Of a DNA stretch of 64,000 nucleotides, positions 40,840 to 50,951 are shown piece by piece. The stretch comes from an uncultured Chloroflexia bacterium (GTDB lineage: Bacteria > Chloroflexota > Anaerolineae > Anaerolineales > UBA4823): positions 582,802 through 646,801 of the forward strand of contig CAWGGJ010000003.1 of the NCBI GenBank assembly GCA_963822175.1, in the 5' to 3' direction. The notes under the pieces were generated by a model. That model did not search any database and was not told the origin of the DNA. It saw only the letters and a list, made by a program, of their open reading frames with translations. Every line of letters begins with the position of its first letter. Positions within the stretch are counted from its first letter, which is position 1. Position numbers and translations under genes: made by a program.

Positions 40840-41148
40840 GGGAGACAGGAAATCATTCTCGATTTTCGTTCTTATAAATAATAATCGGTATCGGTGTGAG
40901 AATTTCATCCATCACGCAAGCTCCTTCTTCCTGCATTTTTGGGATGGAATGAGCATAAGACTAAAACATGATCATGATGCAATGACCCGGCTTCCCAGCC
41001 ACGATAATCAGAGGAACCGATGAATGGGTATGATCAGGGCAGTGATAACTTGTCGGTTCAATCGGCTGTTTGTTTTATTAACCAGGATGACGCTAATATA
41101 TGTTTCTAAATTTATCCAAAACCTCTTCCCCTCTTTTCCTTAAACCCC

Positions 41149-41176
41149 TTGTGGATTAGAACATTTGTGCTATAAT
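41149..41176 (+). promoter_or_regulatory. Promoter-like head of element D (extended -10)
   Basis: TTGTGG (41149-41154), 16-nt spacer ending in TGC, then perfect TATAAT (41171-41176). Identical to 50924-50951. Confidence 0.5.
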
Positions 41177-41746
41177 AAGGGTGCGTGAAACACATCCGAA
41201 ACCGCGAGCGTTCTTTGCGAGGGGTGAGGTGCGATCTTTGCACCCCCTGTCGCGAACGCTCTTTGTGAGCGAGAAACCGCGAGTGCAGGGTTCTTCCCGA
41301 AACCTTGAGCGTTCTTTGCAAGAGGCGTTCTTTGTCCGCAGTGTCGCGACCGTTTTTTGGGAGCGATACGAGAGGCATTTTTTGGGAGCGAAGCAGTCGC
41401 GAGGGCTTTATACGAGCGATCCAGAAACCAATGCCAAAATCTCATTTCTCCACCCTCTCGTTAATGGATCATCCACCTGCTGTTCACCAGCAACCCGCAA
41501 AGCGGGTTTCGTGGCTTTTGCAGCCGGTGGATTCATCTTCCCGAGGAGAAGATTACAACGTCGCAAAAACCGCTCCTCGTACCTCGCTCTCACAAATCGT
41601 TCGCGATGCTTCGGGAAAAATGCACCCTTGATGACACCAAAAATAATCTCCAAACCCGCAAAGCGGGTTTCGTGGCTTTTGCAGCCGGTGGATTCATCCA
41701 CCGGCACAGGATTATCTATGATAATGATATCTTTCACCAGCGGAAG

Positions 41747-41966
41747 CTGGCAGCGTTTATCTGTGGTTAAAGGTTTTACCTTTTTTAATCAATGTTTTTC
41801 ATCTGTGTGCATCTGTATTTATCTGTGGTTCAAGGTTTTATCTTTATAAATAAGAGGTTTCCATCCGTGTGCATCTGCGTTATCTGCGGTTAAAGGTTTT
41901 ATCTTTATAAATAAAAGTTTTTCATCCGTGTGCATCTGCGTTTATCTGCGGTTAAAGGTTTTATGG
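41747..41966 (+). repeat. Tandem units with phased ATCTGYGK 8-mers (element D)
   Basis: Four units (one partial) of the form GTTTTTCATCTGTGTGCATCTGTATTTATCTGTGGTTCAAGGTTTTATC plus an AT-rich spacer. Ten 8-mers are mostly spaced 10 nt apart. Confidence 0.9.
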
Positions 41967-41996
41967 CACGAATTGAATCCATTTGTATCCCTAAAA

Positions 41997-42400
41997 CTAT
42001 TCAAATGTGGTGGTCCAATTAAACTGGACACAAAAATGGCTTATCTTAGGGGGATGTCTGCTCCACTCTTCGAATTCGACCGGTGTCAGATATCCCAATG
42101 ATGAATGGATGCGTGTTGTATTACGCACATCCCTCAAGAAACGACCAATCTGGCGATACGTATTTGCATAGTTTTGATAATCTGACCAATCCACCTCCTC
42201 TTCTTTGATCGTGCGTATCAAGCGCTCGTCATACCCAGTTTCCCAAGTCTCACTTTTGGTAGACATATTGATCTGCACATGCCGGGCGTGTAAAGCATTC
42301 GCTTACTCAAGTGTCGCTTAATGGATACCCTGGGTACTGACGTGGATCATCCTCTCATAAAATAAGTGGTAAGCGTAATAACGAATCGTCGTTTTCTAAA
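41997..42400 (-). mobile_element. IS3-family transposase (rve/integrase core) 3' remnant, pseudogene
   Basis: Track ORF 41997..42278 encodes ...GYDERLIRTIKEEEVDWSDYQNYANTYRQIGRFLRDVRNTTRIHSSLGYLTPVEFEEW, a typical IS3 OrfB C-terminus. Upstream, the same frame reads LFYERMIHVSTQGIH-stop-ATLE-stop-ANALHARHVQINMS. There are two in-frame stops and no N-terminal half. Confidence 0.8.
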
Positions 42401-44420
42401 TTAATCCTTGATTAATGCCTCACTATATATGATAATATTACAAGCATATTCAGGGGAATATAGAAATGTGTAGTTTGGTTTTTCTTGAATTGTTGGGGTT
42501 GACTAGCCTAAATAAATTGGGACTGCAATGCGCCACCAATCTCGCCTTATACATCACTCTAGTCAGTTATTTTCTCTTTTTCTACGAGTAGATATGAGTT
42601 TTTATCCACCAGCATTAGATAAGGTTTGAGATTTTCTAGAGCGTATCAAAAGGGAGGTCGAAAATGTCTAAAAGTAAGCTGATCTTTCAGGGGGTTATTT
42701 TGCTCATTGCTGTTCTCATCTCCCCTATTCCTATTATTTCCGCAAGTCAACCCAGCCTTGTTGATCAACCCGGGGTGAATGGAAATGGGAATCCCGCATC
42801 CCCTCGACCAACCCTTTTCACTTTTACATCCAAAGCGGATAGCTATGTTGATCAACAGAATCCCACCACAAATTACGGCAAAGCTTACAACATAAGCGTA
42901 GCCAGCTTTCCCACAAAAAATGCATATCTGAAGTTCAACGTCACCGGTTTTTCTGGTGTCATTAAGCAAGCCATATTGCAGGTTTATGCAACCAATAAAT
43001 CGAATGCCATCATTTCAGTACGTGGGGTTGCAAACAACGACTGGGATGAATATTCGATTACATATTCCAACGCGCCTTCCCTTTCACGTATCATTGCAGG
43101 CTCGTCAAAGAAAATCACAAATCCAGGGTGGGTTTCCATTGATATCACCGCACTTGTAAGGGATACCGGTGTAGTTAGTATTGGCTTGACTTGTACCAAT
43201 GAAGTAATGACGAATCTCATGAGCCGGGAAGCGGGCTTGAATCAGCCAAAACTGGTTGTTTATGTCTATCCTTCTGGCACATCGACCCCCACAGCAACCT
43301 CCACCCCTACGAAAACGTTAACACCCACACCTACAAATACACCGACACCCACGGATACACCTACTGCAACAGCCACTCCTACAGACACTACCACTCCCAC
43401 TGTCACCTACACCCCGACTCCCACCGATACTTTTACTCCAACCCCCACAAGCACATATTCCCCAACACCCACCGACACATATACCCCGACCCCTACCGCT
43501 ACAGAAACCCCTACACCAACCGACACTAATACTCCCACCCCCACCAACACAACCGAACCTACACCTGACCCGATCATAGATCACTGCGGCACAATTTCTG
43601 CGGATGAGACCTGGCAGGCTGGTGACGTTCACCGGATAACCTGCACTGTCTCGGTAAACCAGGGGGTCACCCTGACCTTATCCCCAGGCGCGATTGTGAA
43701 GTTCATGAGCGAAACGGGTTTATTTGTGGATGGTAACATTGTTGCGAATGGGACGACGGAAGACCAAATTCACTTCACCAGCTATAAGGATGACAGTGTG
43801 GGTGGGGACAGCAACGAAGACGGGAACACCAGCAGTCCGGCTCCCGGTGATTGGGCTGAAATTTGGTTATATGGCACGGGTAATCTCAATCTCGATCATG
43901 CTATCGTCCGCTACGGAGGCGGTAGTCTTAGCTGGGAACACGGCACGATCATGGCTTACCTGACCAGTTCTCCCAGTGATGGTGTTACTGCCTCCATCAG
44001 TAACAGTGTCATTGAGCATAATACTGATGATGGGGTTTATCTTCGCGACGAGGACGCAACTACCCTTTCCAACTTATCGATTAACAGCTCCGTTATCCGT
44101 AACAACGGTCGTAATGGTGTTAGCACACAAGGCGTTGGGAGTGTTTTACTCGCTAATAACGTCCTCTCCAATAATGGGGCTACATATATAGGTTCCGCGG
44201 CTTTAATCTATGCTCAGACAGCCATCGTAAGTGGCAATACCTTTACCAATAACCCTTCTGGATTGTCTCTGGGAGCTGACAGTATCACACTGACAGATAA
44301 TCTATTTATCGATCAGACCTATGAGCACGCATTTATTAATTCAACGGATGACCTGATCTTCTATGGGAACAGTACCCATGGACAGCCACGCTTGTTCAAG
44401 TTGTATGGAGTCCATCTCAG

Positions 44421-46063
44421 ATGATGTCACCCTCGATTCTGCCATCCAGGTGTATGAGCTCGGATTGAGTGTCAATCCCGGAGCAACCCTGACCCTCCTT
44501 GAAGGCGTGCTTGTGAAATTATCAGAAAATTACAGCTCCAATCTCACAATTTTCGGTACCTTAAACATCCAGGGGACAGAGTCCAATCCTGTCGTGATCA
44601 CGTCATTGAAAGACGATACATACGGCGGAGACACGAATAATGACGGAGCCTCCACCTCACCGGCTCCCGGTGACTGGGGTGAAATTTGGCTATATGGCAC
44701 AAGTAATCTCAATTTCGCTCATGCTATCATTCGCTATGGAGGCGGTAATCTTAGCTGGGAACACGGCACGATCATGGCTTACCTGACCAGTTCTCCCAGT
44801 GATGGTGTTTCGGTTTCCATCAGTAACAGTGTCATTGAGCATAATACTGATGATGGGGTTTATCTTCGCGATGAGGATCCTACCACCCTTTCCAACTTAT
44901 CGATTACCAACTCCACGATCCGTAACAACGGTCGTAATGGTGTTGGCGCACAAGGCGTTGGGAGTGTTTTACTCGCTTATAACGTCCTGTCTGAAAATGG
45001 ATTAGTTTATCCAGTTTCAGCGGCTGCAATCTATGCTCAGACAGCCATTGTAAGTGGTAATACCTTTTCCAATAACCCTTCTGGATTGTCTCTGGGAGCT
45101 GATAGTATCACATTGACAGATAATCTATTTATCGATCAATCCTATGAGCATGCATTGATTAATTCCTATAATAACCTGATCTTCTATGGGAACAGTACTT
45201 CTGGCCAGCCACGCTTGTTCAAGTTGTATGGAGTCATCTCAGGTGATGTCACCCTCGATTCTGCCATCCAGGTGTATGAGCTCGGATTGAGTGTCAATCC
45301 CGGAGCAACCCTGACCCTCCTTGAAGGCGTGCTTGTGAAGTTATCGGAAAATTACAGCTCCAATCTCACAATTTTCGGTACCTTAAACATCCAGGGGACA
45401 GAGTCCAATCCTGTCGTGATCACGTCATTGAAAGACGATACATACGGCGGAGACACAAATAATGACGGAGCCTCCACCTCACCGGCTCCCGGTGACTGGG
45501 GTGAAATTTGGTTATATGGCACGAGTAATCTCAATTTCGCTCATGCTATCATTCGCTATGGAGGCGGTAATCTTGGTTGGGAACATGGTGCGATCATGGC
45601 TTACCTAACTGGATTCTCCAGTGATGGTGTTTCGGTTTCCATAGTAACAGTGTCATTGAGCATAATACTGATGATGGGGTTTATCTTCGCGATGAGGATC
45701 GCTACCACCCTTTCCAATTTATCGATTACCAACTCCACGATCCGTAACAACGGTCGTAATGGTGTTGGCGCACAAGGCGTTGGGAATGTTTTACTCGCTT
45801 ATAACGTCCTGTCTGAAAATGGATTAGTTTATCCGGTTTCAGCGGCTGCAATCTATGCTCAGACAGCCATCGTAAGTGGTAATACCTTTTCCAATAACCC
45901 TTCTGGATTGTCTCTGGGAGCTGATAGTATCACATTGACAGATAATCTATTTATCGATCAATCCTATGAGCATGCATATGATTAATTCCTATAATAACCT
46001 GATCTTCTATGGGAACAGTACTTCTGGCCAGCCACGCTTGTTCAAGTTGTATGGAGTCATCTC
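44421..46063 (+). repeat. Two near-identical ~822-bp modules (modules 2 and 3 of the RHS N-terminal region)
   Basis: The landmark TTGTATGGAG recurs at 44401, 45223 and 46046. Modules 2 and 3 differ by only a handful of substitutions and indels. Module 1 (~43600-44420) and module 4 (46064-~46640) are more diverged. Confidence 0.9.
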
Positions 46064-47260
46064 AGGTGATGTCACCCTCGATTTGCCATCCAGGTGTATG
46101 AGCTCGGATTGAGTGTCAATCCCGGAGCAACCCTGACCCTCCTTGAAGGCGTGGTTGTGAAGTTACCGGACAGGCGAGCTCCAATCTCACAATTTATGGT
46201 AACCTTAAACATCCAGGGGACAGAATTTAAATCCTGTCGTGATCACGTCTTTAAAAGACGATACATACGGCGGAGACACAAATAATGACGGAGCCTCCAC
46301 CTCACCGGCTCCCGGTGACTGGGGTGAAATTTGGTTATATGGCACGGGTAATCTCAATCTTGATCATGCCATTGTGCGCTACGGAGGCGGTTATCTTGGT
46401 TGGGAACATGGCACGATCACTGCCTATATAACCTTATACCCAAGTGATGGTGCTTCGGTTTCCATAAGTAACAGTGTCATTGAGCATAATTTATATGATG
46501 GAGTATTTCTGCACGATGAGGACGCGACTACCCTTTCCAACTTATCGATTACCAGCTCCACGATCCGCAACAACAATTGGAATGGAGTTACCACCGAAGG
46601 CATAGGGATCGGATTTGCCATAATAAGAGGAAGCTCAATATATAATAGCGCAGGATATGGCGTTTACAATGGAAATATTAGTAATGGTTTCGACGCCCGC
46701 TATAACTACTGGGGCTCGGACAATGGTCCTGCTCCTTATGGTCAAGGGGATGCCATCAACACGTACCAGGAGTGGGATCCCATTTGCGAATGTGTCGTCA
46801 CTAAACCAGCAGTGATATTCACCCCTCCGCTGGATTCTTCCGGTCAGATTGTCGGTCCACCACCCGCCCAGACTTACGGCACCCCCTCCACCACCACGAG
46901 CATTTCAGTGGCTGACCCCGTCAACGTGGTTTTCGGCAACTACACCTACCAGTATACCGACCTGGCTTTCCCGACACTGGGTGAGGGCTTTACCTTCCTG
47001 CGTACCTACAACTCCGCCAGCACTGATTTTGGTCCGCTAGGCTTAGGCTGGACGCATAGTTATGACATCTTCGCCACCCAACCCACCACCAACACGGTCG
47101 TTATCCTGCGCGAGGATGGACGCAAGGACATGTACACCGATGCGGGTGGAGGCAATTACCTGTCACCCCCCGGCGTCTACGACACATTACGCTTCGTCAC
47201 CGACCACTTCGTGCTCACCCGCAAAGACCAGGCGGTCTATTCTTTAACCCGGATGGCACA

Positions 47261-50200
47261 TTGGCTAGCCTGGCCGATCATACTGGTAACACAACGGCAT
47301 TTTCTTATTCAGGTGGCAACCTGGTCTCACTCACCGAGCCCGCCGGTCGACAGGTCACTTTCACTTATTCAGGGAACCTGCTTACACAGATCAGCGATCC
47401 TCTTGGACGCACAGTCAGTTTTAGTTACACCGATAGCTTGTTGACCAGCGTGACCGATGTCAATGGTCATAGCACCACCTATGCCCACGATGGTTCTGGT
47501 AAGCTGGAGTCGATCACCGATGCCAACGGTCATACATTTGTCCACAATTTCTACGATACCGAAGGGCGCGTGGTTGAGCAGCGCGATGCGCTGAATAACC
47601 TGACCACATTCTCTTATGATCCCACTACACGCATCAACTCGGTCACCAACCCGCTTAATTTCACCACCCTTTACCAGTATGACAGTGCCTATCGCCTGGT
47701 CTCTGAGACTGACCCTTTAGGTTATACCCAATCGTATGCCTTTGACGCCAACAACAACCAGATCAGCGCCACCGATAAGCGCGGTAATACCACCACTTTC
47801 AGCTATGATACCCGCGGTAATGTCCTCACCATCACCGCTCCTCTGGGAGTTGTCCGAAGCTTCAACTATGATGATCATAACAACCTGCTCACCGAGACCG
47901 ATCCGCTCAGTCATTCAACCAGCTATGCTTATGATGGAGCAGACAACCTAACCAGCATCACCGATGCTTTGAATAACACCTCCACATTTACCTATAACTC
48001 TTTGGGGCAGGTGCTCGCCTCCACTGGTCCACGCGGGTACACAGCCTCCTTCGGCTATGATGCCTATGGTCACCAGGATAGCCTCACCGATTATTATGGA
48101 AATGAAACTACCTTCATCTTTGATATCGTCGGACGCAAGCTGAGCCAGACCGACGCCCTGGGGCATACCACCACTTACTCGTATGATAATGCCAACCATT
48201 TGTTGACGGTTGATGAGCCAATGGGTCGCTCAACCAGCTACACCTATGACCTGGTCGGGAACCGCCTGTCTGTTACCGACCCAATGGGTGGCAACACTGC
48301 CTCCACCTACGATGCCAAGGACCGCATGGTAACGGTCACTGACCCCTTAGGACATGTCACCACCTATGGCTATGATGCGCTCAACAACCAGGTCTCCATT
48401 ACGGATGCATTGGGGCACGTCACCACCTTCGAGTATGATGCCCTTAACCGCAATATCTCCACGATTGATCCGATGGGGCATACCACAAGTTCCCAGTATG
48501 ACCCGGATGGCAACCGCACCCAGTTAATTGATGCTAATGGTAACAGCACCTATTATGTTTATGATCAGCTCAGTCGCCTGACCTCTGTTACCGACGCTGC
48601 TGGTGGGACTGTGAGCTACACTTATGACATGGTCGGCAATCGCCTCTCCATGATGGATGCCAACTCTCACACCACCAGCTACACCTACGATGCTCTGAAC
48701 CGGTTGGCAACCTTCACAGATCCCTTGAGCTTTGTCACCAGTTATACCTATGACCAGGCGGGCAACCGCATCACCTGGAATAAGCCTGATAATTCCACCG
48801 TCCATTACACCTACGACCGGCTTGACCGGCTGGAAACAGTGACTGCCACGGGGATCAACATCAGCTACACCTACGATGAGCTGGGGAACCGCCTTACTTT
48901 GGTCAATTCAACCGGCACCACCAGCTACACCTATGACGATCTGAACCGTTTGGTCGAGGTCGTCAACCTGCAAGGCAATCTGGATTATGCCTACGATCTC
49001 AACAATAACCGCACCTCGTTGACGTACCCGGATAGCAAGACTGTCATCTATACCTATGACCCGGCAAATCGTTTGATCACCGTAACGGACTGGGCTTCTC
49101 AAATCACGACCTATAGCTATGATTACACCAACCTGCTGACCGGGATCGCCTACCCCAACGATGTTGTTGCCAGCTATGCATATGACGAAGCCAGCCGTCT
49201 GATAAGCATTGGGTACACCGGGCCTGCTCCCTTGGAATCCTTCAGCTATACCCTGGATGCGGTCGGGAACCGGCTGAGCATGGCTGACGCAGATGGGAAC
49301 ACCAGCTATACCTACGATGTTCTATACCGTCTCACCGGTGTCAGTTATCCAGTTGGATCCCCTGCCAGTGTCAATTATGCCTACGATCCAATGGGCAACC
49401 GGCTGAGCATGACTCAGGATGGTGCTACCACAGCATATACTTACGATGCAGTGGATCGGCTGTTGTCCACTGATACCAGTGGAATGGTCACCAGCTTCAC
49501 CTGGGATAATAATGGCAATATGCTCACCAAGGGGGGCCAGTCCTTCACTTGGGATGCCCTTAATCGCATGGTCGCCTGGACAGATGGCACGAACACATCC
49601 AGCTATACCTACAACGGTGATGGTGTGCGCCTAGGTCGGACAGTGAATGGTTCAACCACAGCATATCTGCAGGATCTGGCTGCTGGTTTGCCCGTGGTAC
49701 TGAGAGAGACCACTTCAGGCGTGAACACAGATAATGTTTATGGAAATGACTTGATCACCTCCATCGATAGCAGTGAAATTTCCTCCTTTTACCATACCGA
49801 TGGACTGGGCAGCACGCGCCTGCTGACCGATAATAGCAGTGCTGTCACCGACCGCTACAGCTACGATGCCTTTGGTTCACCTCGCACCCATGCCGGCTCG
49901 AGCACCCAGCCCTTCACCTTCACCGGCGAGCAGGTCGACCCCGAGGCAGGTCTGGTGTTCTTGAGAGCAAGATATTATGATCCAAGAACTGGCAGATTTA
50001 TTAGCTCTGATCCATTTTTTGGAGACATTATTCTCTCCCAATATATAAATCGCTACACATATACACATAATCGACCAATAATTACCACAGATCCTAGTGG
50101 TAAGTTTCCTCTCATCGTTTTAATTGGTGGTGGAATAGTTGTATATAAGGTGGGTAATTATGTTGTAAACTACGTTGATTCTTATATTAAAGCAATTTCA

Positions 50201-50602
50201 TATAATTCGTTTAAGCAATCTATGTGGAATGCGACAGACGCAGAAACAGCTAGCTATTATCAGTTCAAAGCTGCAGAATATAGTCATGAATTTACACAAT
50301 CTGTAAAGAAAGATACACTTCCTCCATATGGCACATCAATGAACTTTAGCCCAGTTCCTCAAAGCTTTTCGGAAGTGGATGCAATCGGTAGAATTATTAC
50401 CTTTGTAGAAGAAAATACCTTAAAATTTACTGATTGGTTATTTAGTCAAAATAGAGGAGATGTAAAAGGTGAAATGACTGAAAATTTGTATCAAGGGGAG
50501 TCTTCTATTCAAAGATCTCAACTTGAAATAAATTTCTATGGTTCTGCCTTGGGAGCAAGAGGAGGCGTGTATTTTGGTATCCCAGCTAGCCATGGAAAAT
50601 AG
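47261..50602 (+). CDS. RHS repeat-associated core fragment with C-terminal tip (largest intact piece of the toxin gene)
   Basis: 1113-aa ORF with dozens of YD repeats (e.g. TYSYDALNRL, YTYDELGNRL). Core end FLRARYYDPRTGRFISSDPF...NRYTYTHNRPIITTDPSG is followed by ~165 aa of unrecognised sequence. Its true 5' continuation is in ORF 46239..47444. Confidence 0.9.
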   Translation: MASLADHTGNTTAFSYSGGNLVSLTEPAGRQVTFTYSGNLLTQISDPLGRTVSFSYTDSLLTSVTDVNGHSTTYAHDGSGKLESITDANGHTFVHNFYDTEGRVVEQRDALNNLTTFSYDPTTRINSVTNPLNFTTLYQYDSAYRLVSETDPLGYTQSYAFDANNNQISATDKRGNTTTFSYDTRGNVLTITAPLGVVRSFNYDDHNNLLTETDPLSHSTSYAYDGADNLTSITDALNNTSTFTYNSLGQVLASTGPRGYTASFGYDAYGHQDSLTDYYGNETTFIFDIVGRKLSQTDALGHTTTYSYDNANHLLTVDEPMGRSTSYTYDLVGNRLSVTDPMGGNTASTYDAKDRMVTVTDPLGHVTTYGYDALNNQVSITDALGHVTTFEYDALNRNISTIDPMGHTTSSQYDPDGNRTQLIDANGNSTYYVYDQLSRLTSVTDAAGGTVSYTYDMVGNRLSMMDANSHTTSYTYDALNRLATFTDPLSFVTSYTYDQAGNRITWNKPDNSTVHYTYDRLDRLETVTATGINISYTYDELGNRLTLVNSTGTTSYTYDDLNRLVEVVNLQGNLDYAYDLNNNRTSLTYPDSKTVIYTYDPANRLITVTDWASQITTYSYDYTNLLTGIAYPNDVVASYAYDEASRLISIGYTGPAPLESFSYTLDAVGNRLSMADADGNTSYTYDVLYRLTGVSYPVGSPASVNYAYDPMGNRLSMTQDGATTAYTYDAVDRLLSTDTSGMVTSFTWDNNGNMLTKGGQSFTWDALNRMVAWTDGTNTSSYTYNGDGVRLGRTVNGSTTAYLQDLAAGLPVVLRETTSGVNTDNVYGNDLITSIDSSEISSFYHTDGLGSTRLLTDNSSAVTDRYSYDAFGSPRTHAGSSTQPFTFTGEQVDPEAGLVFLRARYYDPRTGRFISSDPFFGDIILSQYINRYTYTHNRPIITTDPSGKFPLIVLIGGGIVVYKVGNYVVNYVDSYIKAISYNSFKQSMWNATDAETASYYQFKAAEYSHEFTQSVKKDTLPPYGTSMNFSPVPQSFSEVDAIGRIITFVEENTLKFTDWLFSQNRGDVKGEMTENLYQGESSIQRSQLEINFYGSALGARGGVYFGIPASHGK

Positions 50603-50923
50603 TGTCTATTCAACAAGATAAATCCTATAATCGACTCGAATTATTATTAACTAACCTTTTTGGTAAATAAAGGCAGGTTTAGTGCCGTTACTACTTAGAA
50701 CTATTCGCAGTCTTTTATCCTTTACTTATTCCTCTCCTATTTTCGTAGAAAATGGTGGAGCTTGCAGTGTCGGCATGCTTTCACTAGCAGGTGGAACTTT
50801 TACCAAATAAATTACTATTATAAACTGATCGTATGTCAGCCAATTCATTGTTTGTATCATGGCTTATCGCTCAAAGATCACCAACGCCCTTTCATTAGAA
50901 ACCTTAAATTAATCATAACACTC

Positions 50924-50951
50924 TTGTGGATTAGAACATTTGTGCTATAAT
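50924..50951 (+). promoter_or_regulatory. Promoter-like head of element E (extended -10)
   Basis: TTGTGG (50924-50929), 16-nt spacer ending in TGC, then TATAAT (50946-50951). The block 50923-50960 is identical to 41148-41185. Confidence 0.5.

Larger units (their letters stand above)
41148..41995 (+). repeat. Composite non-coding element, copy D (paralogue of 50923..51715)
   Basis: Shares with copy E the same order of parts: an identical 38-nt head, a CGCGA/CTCTTTG-rich segment, an AACCCGC-AAA-GCGGGTT hairpin, a GCCGGTGGAT..ATCCACCGGC palindrome, tandem 52-63-bp units, and the end GGCACGAATTGAATCCATTTGT. Copy D also carries an inverted copy of the locus B/C module (41537-41650). Confidence 0.9.
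42664..50602 (+). pseudogene. Giant RHS-family polymorphic toxin (DNRLRE-like domain + PT linker + 4 beta-helix modules + DUF6531-like + YD repeats + RHS core + C-terminal tip), fragmented by indels
   Basis: Fragments are 42664..44424, 44363..45985, 46094..46285, 46239..47444 and 47261..50602. Signal peptide [28 protein letters not shown]-terminal domain [20 protein letters not shown]...[10 protein letters not shown]...[12 protein letters not shown]. Sequence continuity across each break is shown by comparison with the sister modules. Confidence 0.85.

Noticed and set aside
40870-41050. A possible minus-strand gene relic reading ...HCPDHTHSSVPLIIVAGKPGHC (reminiscent of alkaline-phosphatase-superfamily C-termini).
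   Set aside because: Only ~25 aa of weak resemblance, interrupted by stops and with no ORF context. This is too little to support a call.
41181-41849. The 222-aa ORF (41181..41849) and the 180-aa ORF (50956..51498) as paralogous proteins.
   Set aside because: They run through hairpins, palindromes and tandem DNA repeats. Their similarity is explained by DNA identity, and indels between the copies do not preserve the frame. The composition (Arg/Ser/Phe-rich, Cys-rich tail) is not protein-like.
43600-46640. A diversity-generating retroelement or programmed variation acting on the near-identical beta-helix modules.
   Set aside because: No reverse transcriptase or template repeat is present in the window. 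The differences between modules are few and include indels, rather than the adenine-specific substitutions expected for a DGR.
50603-50950. An immunity gene downstream of the RHS tip: the 62-aa ORF 50762..50950, or a 47-aa antisense ORF at about 50721-50861.
   Set aside because: The 62-aa ORF has no RBS and runs into repeat element E. The antisense ORF is convergent and tiny. Neither has supporting features, so no immunity gene is called.
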